IMG/VR virus record: IMGVR_UViG_3300043252_000011
Coordinates: 34,429 to 98,428 of that record
Source of the DNA: a virus
Lineage: Duplodnaviria; Caudoviricetes
Length of the DNA stretch: 64,000 nucleotides
Reading direction: 5' to 3' (one strand)
The notes under the pieces were generated by a model. It was not told where the DNA came from. It did not search any database and saw only the letters and a program-made list of their open reading frames with translations. Every line of letters starts with the position of its first letter. Position 1 is the first letter of the stretch. Positions 10,340 to 19,647 of the stretch are shown in pieces. Made by a program: the position numbers and the translations under genes.

Positions 10340-10798
10340 CTATGTCAAGCGATTATTTCGCTTTTCCAACCGCCGACCGTAACCCCAGCTCGTTTCGGTG
10401 TCCATGCCCAAAAGCCACGCCAGCTTGCCGAGTTCGTAACCCTCACAGATGGCGTCCCAATGGGCCACAGCCGCTCGCCCATTGACCGGCGAGGCAACGA
10501 TGGCAATCCGCAAGGCTGACGCTGCAGGCTCGTCGGCAGCCGCCAGAACGCGTTGCTTGCGTTTTGTACGTTCAAAATCCGTACGTCGCAAGTTACTGAT
10601 CGCCACAAGATCCTCAACCACGCTCGCAAGCAAGCCGCCGCAAAGTTCCGCCAGTTCGATCGGTAACCCGGCTTGCCTGCAGGCTATCGTCAAAGTCGGG
10701 CTTTTCATCCGTACAAGCGCGTTGATAGCCGGTTGATGCCGCGCAACTGTCTGTACGGCCAGTTCGGGCAGCCGTGTGTGCGTAATAAGTGCGTTCAC
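10340..10798 (-). CDS. Hypothetical protein
   Basis: 152-aa ORF with RBS aaagg. Confidence 0.5.
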   Translation of the reverse strand: MNALITHTRLPELAVQTVARHQPAINALVRMKSPTLTIACRQAGLPIELAELCGGLLASVVEDLVAISNLRRTDFERTKRKQRVLAAADEPAASALRIAIVASPVNGRAAVAHWDAICEGYELGKLAWLLGMDTETSWGYGRRLEKRNNRLT

Positions 10799-10874
10799 GT
10801 TTCGTACCTTTCACGATTGGATGATACTCTCCCTTCGTCCCCCTCGTCTAGTGGGTGTTGATGCCTATGCTTAC

Positions 10875-11040
10875 TAACACCCTCCCACTTCAAGGGGGTG
10901 ATTGAATATGCAGGCTGTAAATTTACGGCTTTTCACCATATATTTACAGCTAAGACTGTGGTAAATTTACAACAAATTTATGGTGTAAAATAAAATTCAC
11001 AAAAATTCATGAGACCCCTTTACAACTCTTTTTGAGGGGC
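10875..11040. promoter_or_regulatory. AT-rich divergent intergenic region with repeated AAATTTAC-like motifs (possible origin/operators)
   Basis: gtaaatttac twice, aaatttat, aaattcac, aaattcat, plus short hairpins between divergent operons. Confidence 0.4.
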
Positions 11041-11048
11041 GTAGAAGG

Positions 11049-11357
11049 GTGTCATACAAACCGCTGGAGAGTGACATGCAGACCGAGGATTATAAAGGCG
11101 CCCGGATACTGGCAACAGTCGAGCACCTGGGCGAAACGTTTCAAATTGTACGGTGGCGCGTCAACGGCAAGCCATGGCGCAAGTACATGGCACTGTTGTA
11201 CGGCGGCATAGTTATGTCGTATGGCAAAGGCGAAACCAACCCAACCAGAGCAGCTACTGAGTTCAAACATCTTTTTGAAAAAACCTTTACCGACCGCACT
11301 GAAATGCTCACCCGAATCCAGACTCTGAAACACCAGGCAGCCGGCCATTGCGACTGA
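11049..11357 (+). CDS. Hypothetical protein
   Basis: First gene of rightward operon; likely start MQTEDY after ggag. Confidence 0.55.
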   Translation: MSYKPLESDMQTEDYKGARILATVEHLGETFQIVRWRVNGKPWRKYMALLYGGIVMSYGKGETNPTRAATEFKHLFEKTFTDRTEMLTRIQTLKHQAAGHCD

Positions 11358-11369
11358 AAAGGAAACATC

Positions 11370-11849
11370 ATGCACGCGAAATACGAAGGCCAACTACCGG
11401 ACGGCTGGCAACGTGGCGAGCCGGTTACGAAATACTGGAACGGCGACTACATCCACCTTTACCGGGTTGTACGGCCTTGTGCAACGTGCGGCGCTGAAAT
11501 TAGTCTGGACGTAACCAGAAAGGCGCTCGAAGGCACCAAAAAGAACGCCGGGCTGCTGCTGCGCAACTGTCCAAAATGCCGAGCGGAACGCAAGGCCGGC
11601 GGTCCCGGCTCGCGTGGCGGTAAGTCCAGGCCGGTTGCCGGTGATGCACCCGTGGTTGTGCAGACTGCGATTCCGGCCGAAATAACGGAGGAACTTGAAC
11701 GGCTCCGTATGGCAAATGCAACCATGAAAGAGGAACTTGACGGGTTGTACACACAATTAAAGGAGTTGCGCGAACGCCCTGGCGAACCTGAACTGTTGCA
11801 AAAAAGTCACTCAGAAAATAATGTGAAAATGCCTTGGGAAAAGAGTTGA
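11370..11849 (+). CDS. Zn-ribbon/coiled-coil hypothetical protein
   Basis: CATC and CPKC pairs, coiled-coil C-terminus. Confidence 0.6.
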   Translation: MHAKYEGQLPDGWQRGEPVTKYWNGDYIHLYRVVRPCATCGAEISLDVTRKALEGTKKNAGLLLRNCPKCRAERKAGGPGSRGGKSRPVAGDAPVVVQTAIPAEITEELERLRMANATMKEELDGLYTQLKELRERPGEPELLQKSHSENNVKMPWEKS

Positions 11850-12081
11850 CAGAGCGCGGGAATGCGTGTACTTGTACGTACATCGAAAACGCAAACCGCT
11901 GGAGAGCGAAAATGATTACCCGAATCAAAACCGACGAAGAACTGGTACAGGAAGCCGCCCGCAAGTTGGCCATCGCTTGCAGCGGTGCCGAGTTTGATGC
12001 GGCGTGTGCTGACATGGTCGAAGCACTGCGTTATGCTCGTTCCGTGCAATGGTGGTCGCAGTTCGAGCGGGAGGTTGTGTG

Positions 12082-12300
12082 ATGACCGACATGAAAAACG
12101 TAAAATTTTTGCGCGACTTGCCGGGCGGCTCCACCTATCATTTAGGAACCGCCGTTTATTATCCGAACGGCCCCGGCTGGCGCTTTATTTCTAACGTTAG
12201 TTCGCACAAGGGCAGTCGTAAGTTCCACGCGACAATGGAAGCATGCGTACCCCGTTGGGTCGGCTACCCTGGCAAATGCCGCAGTGAGGTCAAGCAATGA
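12082..12300 (+). CDS. Hypothetical protein
   Basis: MTDMKNVKF..., overlaps the upstream stop. Confidence 0.5.
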   Translation: MTDMKNVKFLRDLPGGSTYHLGTAVYYPNGPGWRFISNVSSHKGSRKFHATMEACVPRWVGYPGKCRSEVKQ

Positions 12301-12338
12301 GCTACGGCCGCCACAGCATTATCGCGGGAACTTAAGTC

Positions 12339-12515
12339 ATGACGTTAAAAATCCACACAGAATTTGTCTACCCACCGATTCCAATTCGTCAGTTTGATTG
12401 GTCGGCAGTGACTGACAACTACGAACCGGGATGTCCGATTGGTTACGGCCCTACGGAACGAGAAGCGATTGACGATTTGCTTTCTCAAATTGAGCCAGAG
12501 GAATGGAGTGAATGA
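12339..12515 (+). CDS. Small hypothetical protein between 19-bp direct repeats
   Basis: Hand-translated 58 aa: MTLKIHTEFVYPPIPIRQFDWSAV...GYGPTEREAIDDL. Confidence 0.6.
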   Translation: MTLKIHTEFVYPPIPIRQFDWSAVTDNYEPGCPIGYGPTEREAIDDLLSQIEPEEWSE

Positions 12516-12685
12516 GCTACGGCCGCCACCACAGCCACGGCGGCCTTGGCCTCTTTGCCATCGTCGCCGCCATCGCATTTGCCTTCGGCGTACGTACAGC
12601 GCGCATTATCGTCGGCGGTACGTTGCTGATCGGCGCCGCGTTCTTCGGCTACGTCATGTTTCGCGTGATTATGGGGACGATATGA
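12512..12685 (+). CDS. Small membrane protein
   Basis: Hand-translated 57 aa: MSYGRHHSHGGLGLFAIVAAIAFAFG..., two hydrophobic helices. Confidence 0.55.
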   Translation: MSYGRHHSHGGLGLFAIVAAIAFAFGVRTARIIVGGTLLIGAAFFGYVMFRVIMGTI

Positions 12686-13032
12686 GCAAGCTAATCAAAT
12701 TTCAGCTAAAATTAAAAGACGGCGTTTCGATTGATTGCGTAGGTTACGTTCCGTACGAAGGATCACCTCTTGCGTTGACGCGCCCCCTGTTTCAAGGTAG
12801 GGCAGGTATTGAATTTGATGAATCGCAATGGTGCGTGAGGCACATCCGTACAAGCATGAGCTTAGGCTTTACGCGTTTTGAATCGCGTAAAGCAGGCATG
12901 GCGTTTATCGATCTCTTGAAACCGCGCGAGTGGTGCTGGGTTGTTTGCGATGAATCAAAGGGCAAAGAATGCCCCGAAATAGTGCGCTGTTTTGAGTTGT
13001 ACCAGAACGCTGTGAAGGTGAGCGTATCGTGA
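12682..13032 (+). CDS. Hypothetical protein
   Basis: MSKLIKFQ..., ATGA overlap. Confidence 0.5.
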   Translation: MSKLIKFQLKLKDGVSIDCVGYVPYEGSPLALTRPLFQGRAGIEFDESQWCVRHIRTSMSLGFTRFESRKAGMAFIDLLKPREWCWVVCDESKGKECPEIVRCFELYQNAVKVSVS

Positions 13033-13130
13033 CCAGCAACGAACAAGCCAGCGAACTCCTAACGCTCATTGCGCTGTCGCTATTCCTGGCCATGGTGTTG
13101 TCGTGGTCGGCTATCATTGGAGGCTAGAAT

Positions 13131-13343
13131 ATGCCACGGCGGTCTGGAATAAATTGGAATTTACCTGATGGAAATCTGTCAACGGGTGACGCGCAACTCG
13201 CGGTACTGATGGACATTCGGGACGAACTGAAAGAGTTAAACAACAAACTCGCTTGCTTTCGCGTCCGCAGGATGCTCAACACGGTGCAGCGCATTGACAA
13301 GCGTTTGGCCAAAAGGTTGCCGCTCAAACAGCGGGGCGTTTGA
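13131..13343 (+). CDS. Hypothetical protein
   Basis: 70 aa, RBS ggagg, LAVLMDIRDELK motif. Confidence 0.55.
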   Translation: MPRRSGINWNLPDGNLSTGDAQLAVLMDIRDELKELNNKLACFRVRRMLNTVQRIDKRLAKRLPLKQRGV

Positions 13344-13433
13344 CAATTCCATAGCGCGAGCATAAAAAGAAAAACCCCGATACGGGCTCGACTCCGTACC
13401 GGGGCTAGAAGCGCACCACAGCTAGGGCCTGCG

Positions 13434-15500
13434 ATGCTCGCTCCCACTAGCACAACCGCGTACGACATACAATCTTTTTGGGACGCCGCGATTGCACGCG
13501 GTCTTTTCCCCCTCGCCATAGCCCGGAACAGCAAAGCGCCGATCGGCGCGGGTTGGAATCTGTGGACGCACCCGATCGTGCACCCCGGCGCCGGCAGTGT
13601 CGGGCTCCGCTGCGGCGATAACGGCCTGACCGCATTCGATTGCGACCACGCGGACCCGCAAATATCGCAACGTCTGCTGGCGGCTTTTCGTTCCGTACTC
13701 GGCCCGAACATCCCCGTACGCTGGGGCCGTGAACCAAAATTCCTAATTCCGTTTTATCTCGTTGATGCGCCCGTACAAGGCCGCACATTTACATTTCCAG
13801 ATGGCAACAAATTACAATTAATGGGCGGTCAGTTCGTCGCGTTCGGTCCGCATAAAGATACCGGCCAAGACTATCGCTGGGAAAACTGGAATGTTGAATG
13901 GCCTCGACTGACAACGGAGCAACTGCAAACAGTCCTGTCCGAAGTCCCGCTACGAGCTGGTACGTCATTGCGCTTCGCTGCCGATCATGAAACCGCCAGC
14001 GCCGATGAGCTGAAATACGCGACGCCGCAGACGTACGATGAATGGGGAGCCGGCCGCGAAGCTGCCGCACGTTATCTCGGCATGCTGAAGCACGAATTAC
14101 TAGGCAAAACCGAAGGACGCGGATCTACAATCTTTGCCATCGTTGGCGTGCTGAAATTTGCCGAGCAACACGGCATGTGCACGCGGCGTGAAATCGAAGA
14201 TGCCATCACCGAGGCCGGGCATAGTTTGGACGAAGGCATCGGCGGCCGTACGCTTGGCGAAGAAATAACGCGGCAGGACCAATTGCCGGTACTGCGCGGC
14301 AACCTGATTATGCAAGCAGTCATGTCGCGCCGTACGATGCTGCAAGGTTTGCACGACGCACAGACAGCGCCGACGCTGGCGTTACGCAGTGGCTTTGAAA
14401 TATCCTTGGAGGACGACAATGCCGAGCTGCCATGGCTATTATATCAGAGGATACTTTGCGGCGAGGTTCACTTTTTCACCGGGCACAGCGGCGCCGGCAA
14501 GTCCGCGCTTGTTACTGATTTGGCCTTCCAATTTCTTCGGGGCCAAGCGTGGTTGGATGCTGACAACGAACGTACAAACGGTCATGTATTGTGGGTTGCC
14601 GCTGAAGACGACTACGGCACAGAACGACGCGTGAGGCACTTATTACGCCAAGAGCCAAACGCAACCGAGCTGGCATCGCGCTTCCACATGATACGCAGCA
14701 TCAACGAGCCGCTGGCATTCGAGCAACAATGCGTAGCGCAGGTTCAAGCTATGGCCGCAATGAACAAGCGCGTCGATATAATTACGCTGGATACTTGGGG
14801 CGCGAGCGGTCTTTGCTTCGCCGACAATGATACCGAAGCCGTGCTGAAAGCCATGTTTATTCTGAAAAGCGTAGCGCGGCGTACGGGTGCGGCTGTACTT
14901 GTCACCGATCATTTACCGCTCGGCAACGAAGACGCTTGGCAAAAAGGCAACGGCGCCAAGTCTGGCAACGCTGGTTTTGTTTATCGCGTCACTGGCGGTC
15001 GCAACGATTACGTGTCAGTTGATTGCGGCAAGGCGCGCGGTGCTCCGAAGGCCAAAAGTTATACGGGTAAAATCGTTTCGGAAAACTACGGCAAAGACGT
15101 AAAAGGCCGTACAACCACCGTGAATATATTCAAGCGCATTTCCGAAGTCATCAAAGAGAACAAAGAACAGTCCGCCGTGCTCAGGCTTGCCGCAATACTG
15201 CCCGGAGTAACTGCCGCTGGTATGGACGCCTTGCGCGCCGGCAGTATCGTCCGATTCGATAGTGTGGCTGCCGAGATAGGCCATGCCGTTAAAGGCGAAG
15301 TGCCCGGCTATGTCGTCAGTAAGGATGCCGCTAAAAAGATGTTCGAGGATGGTATAAAGGGCTTGCTAGAGAGTGGACATTTTAGGGCCTTGTACGGTTA
15401 TCCGTTTCTTGCTATTTTCCCGCCGAGTGGTAGTGTACGGCAAGAACTGACGATACCGTTTGTAATAGACATCCCGAAGGAGAGTTTTCCATGGCAGTGA
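13434..15500 (+). CDS. Bifunctional primase-polymerase / AAA (RepA-like) helicase
   Basis: N-terminal FDCD Prim-Pol motif; Walker A GHSGAGKS; Walker B ITLDT. Confidence 0.85.
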   Translation: MLAPTSTTAYDIQSFWDAAIARGLFPLAIARNSKAPIGAGWNLWTHPIVHPGAGSVGLRCGDNGLTAFDCDHADPQISQRLLAAFRSVLGPNIPVRWGREPKFLIPFYLVDAPVQGRTFTFPDGNKLQLMGGQFVAFGPHKDTGQDYRWENWNVEWPRLTTEQLQTVLSEVPLRAGTSLRFAADHETASADELKYATPQTYDEWGAGREAAARYLGMLKHELLGKTEGRGSTIFAIVGVLKFAEQHGMCTRREIEDAITEAGHSLDEGIGGRTLGEEITRQDQLPVLRGNLIMQAVMSRRTMLQGLHDAQTAPTLALRSGFEISLEDDNAELPWLLYQRILCGEVHFFTGHSGAGKSALVTDLAFQFLRGQAWLDADNERTNGHVLWVAAEDDYGTERRVRHLLRQEPNATELASRFHMIRSINEPLAFEQQCVAQVQAMAAMNKRVDIITLDTWGASGLCFADNDTEAVLKAMFILKSVARRTGAAVLVTDHLPLGNEDAWQKGNGAKSGNAGFVYRVTGGRNDYVSVDCGKARGAPKAKSYTGKIVSENYGKDVKGRTTTVNIFKRISEVIKENKEQSAVLRLAAILPGVTAAGMDALRAGSIVRFDSVAAEIGHAVKGEVPGYVVSKDAAKKMFEDGIKGLLESGHFRALYGYPFLAIFPPSGSVRQELTIPFVIDIPKESFPWQ

Positions 15501-15910
15501 AAGACGATCCGAAAGCCATTGCCAAATTACTCCGAGCCATGGCTAAAAGTGAACACGGTCAATGTTATGGGTGGCACGTAATTTTAAACGCTGCAGCAAA
15601 TTTGCTGGACGCAACGGCAAAATAATGGGCATAGACGCAAACGGCGAATTTGATGGCATTTGTGCCTGTGGAAAAGCCGCTATGGATGGAATCAGATGTA
15701 TCCTTGGTGCTACCCACATGCCTCTGAATCGTCAACCACACAAGCCGCGCTCTATGCCGTGGGAGACATCGTCTATTCCGGCCGCGAGCGCGGAACCGTC
15801 GTTACCGTGGACGCAGACAAGGCTACCATGGGAGTAGTTTGGGAAGACAGTGATGACGGCAAGCCGATTACATATCCGATGGACGCAGACTACTTGAGTA
15901 AGGAATTTCC

Positions 15911-16861
15911 ATGGTAGCGTACTACAACGAAAAAGACCCGTTCGCAGCGGAATGGCTACGCAAATTAATTGCTGCGAACATCATCGCACCCGGCGACGTT
16001 GACGAAAGAAGCATTGAAGATGTTATTCCCATGGAACTCGCCAAGTACACACAATGCCATTTCTTCGCCGGCATCGGTGTCTGGTCTTACGCCATGCGCC
16101 GCGCCGGCTGGCCCGATGACCGCCACGGCTGGAGCGGTTCGTGCCCATGCCAGCCTTTCAGCCAGGCAGGCCAAGGCGCGGGGTTTGCTGACGAGCGGCA
16201 CCTATGGCCTGCGTTTTTCCATCTTATCGAGCAGTGCCGCCCTGACATCGTTTTTGGTGAGCAGGTTGCGAGCCCGGACGGATTTGCTTGGTTCGACCTT
16301 GTACAGTCTGACATGGAAGGTACGGACTACGCCTTCGGGGCGCTCGATCAATGCGCTGCGGGCTTCGGCGCGCCGCATATCAGACAGCGGCTATACTGGA
16401 TGGCCTACGACAACAGCGCGGGACTGGCCCAGCAACAGCGCAACGGAAGAATACCATTCGGAACGCTGGTCGCACTCCCGCGGGAAGGCGCTGAACGAAT
16501 TAACGGAGCAACTAGCGGGATGGAACAGCACGTCGGCGTCGGACGGGAATGGCGGCAAACGTCCGCACCCGGATACGACAATGACGGGGCGGCACCCGAA
16601 CGGCAACAAAATCAATATGGGGGTGTCATCGCAAGCACACCTAGCATTCTTGAACGTGCAGCCGGCCCGACTAACGGTTACTGGCGAGCTGCTGATTGGC
16701 TCCGATGCAAAGATGACAAGTGGCGGCCAGTTGAACCCAGCGCATTCCCGTTGGCTCATGGGGTTGCCAATTGAGTGGGACTTCTGCGGGGTTACGGTAA
16801 CGCTATCGTCGCGCCGCAAGCGCAAGAATTTGTGAAGGCAGCCATGCAGTACATGCCATGA
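15911..16861 (+). pseudogene. C5 cytosine methyltransferase (alpha frame) with in-frame TGA at 16772-16774
   Basis: FFAGIG, GSCPCQPFS, EQV and PHIRQR motifs; motif X RGYGNAIV lies in frame after the TGA. Confidence 0.75.
15969..16835 (+). CDS. Overlapping alternative-frame MTase beta subunit (M.EcoHK31I-like)
   Basis: LNPAHSRWLMGLP motif IX-like; same frame is conserved at 53986-54810. Confidence 0.55.
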   Translation: MLRTSSHPATLTKEALKMLFPWNSPSTHNAISSPASVSGLTPCAAPAGPMTATAGAVRAHASLSARQAKARGLLTSGTYGLRFSILSSSAALTSFLVSRLRARTDLLGSTLYSLTWKVRTTPSGRSINALRASARRISDSGYTGWPTTTARDWPSNSATEEYHSERWSHSRGKALNELTEQLAGWNSTSASDGNGGKRPHPDTTMTGRHPNGNKINMGVSSQAHLAFLNVQPARLTVTGELLIGSDAKMTSGGQLNPAHSRWLMGLPIEWDFCGVTVTLSSRRKRKNL

Positions 16862-17181
16862 GTGATATAGAGGTTTTTCCCTGGGACCCGCCACAACGAT
16901 CGGTGGAAGACACCATCGAATTGATACGAAACGACTTTGCGTACGCTGTTGCAAACACCGCGATTGTAGTACATTCCAACAATCCGGCGTTCGCCTTCAT
17001 CGCCAACACGCAGCGGGGCCAGCTCGTACCGCGCGGGGAGGTTAAACTGTCGGACGGAACGACGGTTGAATTGCAGGATATCGGGATGTGCCAGCCCAAC
17101 GTGCCTCACATGACCGTACAGCAGATCATGACGCGTATCTGGAAACTGGCGAGTGATTTGGGGTTGGAGATTGTGAAATGA
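16858..17181 (+). CDS. Hypothetical protein
   Basis: 107 aa, ATGA overlap. Confidence 0.5.
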   Translation: MSDIEVFPWDPPQRSVEDTIELIRNDFAYAVANTAIVVHSNNPAFAFIANTQRGQLVPRGEVKLSDGTTVELQDIGMCQPNVPHMTVQQIMTRIWKLASDLGLEIVK

Positions 17182-17648
17182 CAAAAGACGAAGTTATTAA
17201 TAAAATTGTCACTGATCTAGCGTGGCGCGGGCCGAGCGGACGACCGATGAATTTTGTTTGTCTAACACGTGAACAAGCGATAGTCCTAATAAAGCCAGAG
17301 CCAGAAAAAGAGACTTCTAAATGACCGCATACTGGCCAACGGCTGCCGTAATGCAGCATCTGGACGGCTACCAGCGAGTCGGACTGGTAAACGCTTCGCT
17401 CGGCACGTCGCAACTAATGATGGTTGCCTGCCATATAACGCGACCAGCAAGATATCCGCCTGCACGTCATTGGCAGTCATTCAATCGAAAGGCGCCGGAA
17501 TGCGTTGCGTTTACCTGAGCTACCCCGACTACGGCCAATGGACCGCCCTGGAGCGCGGCGGCTTTGTGGAAATGTGGGACGATTTCGGCTTTGTGATGGA
17601 CGCGCTGCATTGACAGCGTACGGTAGCAGGTGTACAGAATAACAACAA

Positions 17649-17775
17649 GAATGTCGCCAACTTAGAGGTATTCCGATGCACCGACCGAGCGAATTTTTAG
17701 CCTGGGCCGTCGAGACATTCGGTCCGGTTGCCCTCAAGCGCAAAGAACGCCTTATGCGCTTTACTGAGGAAGCAA
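17649..17775 (+). repeat. 127-bp direct repeat, copy 1
   Basis: Identical to 63874-64000. Confidence 0.95.
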
Positions 17776-18029
17776 TCGAACTCGCGCACGCGGACGGCCT
17801 TAAGCGGGCTGATTTGGATAGGCTTTTGGACCGCGTTTATTCGCGTCCTGCTGGCCATGTGTGGCGCGAAATCGGCCAAGCGCAGGCGTGCCTAGAAACC
17901 TACGCCCAAAGCATCGGCGTGTCTGCGGACGAACAGGCGCAGAAGGAATTTGATCGGGTGCGCAAAATCCCGAAAGAGGAATGGACGAAACGCCACGCGG
18001 CCAAGGTCGGCCTTGGTATCGCCGGCTGA
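17676..18029 (+). CDS. MazG-like NTP pyrophosphohydrolase-fold protein
   Basis: ERLMRFTEEAIEL...EIGQ pattern. Confidence 0.55.
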   Translation: MHRPSEFLAWAVETFGPVALKRKERLMRFTEEAIELAHADGLKRADLDRLLDRVYSRPAGHVWREIGQAQACLETYAQSIGVSADEQAQKEFDRVRKIPKEEWTKRHAAKVGLGIAG

Positions 18030-18053
18030 TACGGAATTAACACGGAGATTGAT

Positions 18054-18284
18054 GTGAAAAAGACGATCACGCCCGACGAGCGCCTCCAAGCCTTCGCACT
18101 CTTTGTAATGGCTTGCCAGCACGCTCAGGAATGCCGCCGATACGAGCGGGCCATCGCCAAGATTTTCGGCGACACCGACGAGTTCAATTCGCGGGTTAGC
18201 GATTCCATCTACGGGAGTGAGCCCAATGGGGCCTCTGTCGAGTTCGATGAAATCTTGGAAGGCAACGAGATCAAGGTGAAGTGA
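18054..18284 (+). CDS. Hypothetical protein
   Basis: 76 aa, RBS ggag. Confidence 0.55.
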   Translation: MKKTITPDERLQAFALFVMACQHAQECRRYERAIAKIFGDTDEFNSRVSDSIYGSEPNGASVEFDEILEGNEIKVK

Positions 18285-18700
18285 TGGCGCGCTTTGCTGC
18301 CCAAACTCGAGTTGGCGTCGATCAAACCCGTGTTGAGATCGAGCGCACGCTGGCGCGCTATGGTGCCACCGCGTTCGGCTACATCAGCAAGCAGGGCGTG
18401 GCCATCATTGGCTTTGAGGCGGCTAAGAGGCACATCAAAATTACTGTGCCGCTTCCAGTCGGCGAAGATGAAAAGACGAAGCAGCAAGCCCGGCAGCGCT
18501 GGCGCGCCCTACTCCTGGTCATCAAGGCCAAGCTCGAATCTGTCGAAAGCGGCATCGAGACTTTGGAGGAAGCATTCTACGCAAACATCGTCATGCCGGA
18601 CGGCCGCACGATCTATGAAAGCACGCGCGAGCATGTTGCGGTCGCTTACAAGACCGGCAAGGTGCAGGGACTTTTGCCGGATTACACGAAGTCCGGTTAA
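18281..18700 (+). CDS. Conserved hypothetical phage protein
   Basis: EIERTLARYGA...RWRALLLVIKAKLE...EEAF motif. Confidence 0.7.
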   Translation: MMARFAAQTRVGVDQTRVEIERTLARYGATAFGYISKQGVAIIGFEAAKRHIKITVPLPVGEDEKTKQQARQRWRALLLVIKAKLESVESGIETLEEAFYANIVMPDGRTIYESTREHVAVAYKTGKVQGLLPDYTKSG

Positions 18701-18722
18701 TGACAGAACACTCGCCAACTTC

Positions 18723-19625
18723 ATGACCCAGGCAGCGACCATAGAAGCTCCTACCCGCCCGGCACTCCGCTGGCACGGCGGTAAGTGGAAGCTCGCGCCG
18801 TGGATCATGTCGCATTTCCCGCCGCACCGGGTCTACGTTGAGCCGTTCGGTGGTGCTGCCTCCATCCTGCTCCGCAAGGAGCGCGTCTATGGGGAGGTTT
18901 ATAACGACCTGGACGACTGGGTTGTGAACCTATTCCGCGTCCTCCAAAACGAGGAACAGGCGGCACGCCTAGTCCGGCTGCTCGAGGTCACACCCTTCGC
19001 CCGGACTGAATTTGAAGTCGCGCGCAAGCTCGGCGAGGCGGAAGGCGACCCGGTTGAATTGGCCCGCCGGCTGATAATCCGATCCTACATGGGCTTTGGG
19101 TCCAATGCGCACGACGGCCGATCGACAGGCTTCCGGTCGAACAGCAACCGTAGCGGCACGTTGCCGGTGCAAGATTGGGCCAATTACCCCCAGGCGCTGC
19201 TTAAGATAGTCGAGCGGTTCCGAGGCGTGGTGATCGAACATCGTGACGCCACCGCCGTCATGGTGCAACACGATAGCCTCGAGACGCTGCATTACGTGGA
19301 TCCTCCATATCTCCCTGAGGTCCGATCGCCGGCAAATAAATACGGCCTGAAATACCGGATGTACCGGCACGAAATGGACGCTGCCGGCCACCTAACGCTG
19401 ATTGAGGCGCTGCACCAGCTCGAGGGAATGGTCATCCTATCCGGTTATCCCCCCCCTTTGTACGAATCCGCGCTGCCTGGCTGGCGACGATCAGAGACGG
19501 CCGCCCTAGCCGATGGCGCGCGGAAGCGCACGGAAGTTCTTTGGATCAATCCGGCCGCCGCCGAAGGCCTCGATCGCGTGCGGCGAGGTCATGAGTTTGG
19601 TTTGTTCGCAACAGTTGGCGGTTAA
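18723..19625 (+). CDS. dam: DNA adenine methyltransferase (D12 class)
   Basis: RWHGGKW, YVEPFGG, EVYND and DPPY motifs. Confidence 0.9.
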   Translation: MTQAATIEAPTRPALRWHGGKWKLAPWIMSHFPPHRVYVEPFGGAASILLRKERVYGEVYNDLDDWVVNLFRVLQNEEQAARLVRLLEVTPFARTEFEVARKLGEAEGDPVELARRLIIRSYMGFGSNAHDGRSTGFRSNSNRSGTLPVQDWANYPQALLKIVERFRGVVIEHRDATAVMVQHDSLETLHYVDPPYLPEVRSPANKYGLKYRMYRHEMDAAGHLTLIEALHQLEGMVILSGYPPPLYESALPGWRRSETAALADGARKRTEVLWINPAAAEGLDRVRRGHEFGLFATVGG

Positions 19626-19647
19626 CTTCTGCTTAACAGGGACACCG

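Larger units (their letters stand above)
1..17648. mobile_element. Phage segment A (partial tailed-phage genome)
   Basis: Virion-like genes, HNH, primase-helicase, GcrA, C5 MTase and small-gene arrays. CGTACG-rich composition ends at ~17620. Confidence 0.85.

Noticed and set aside
10322-10349. ACCTTAA..TATGTCA as another cassette site
   Set aside because: The spacer is only 5 nt, and it is better explained as a minus-strand TTGACA promoter for 10289.
16772-16774. TGA recoding in phage A
   Set aside because: Single case; many neighbouring genes end normally at TGA with ATGA overlaps.
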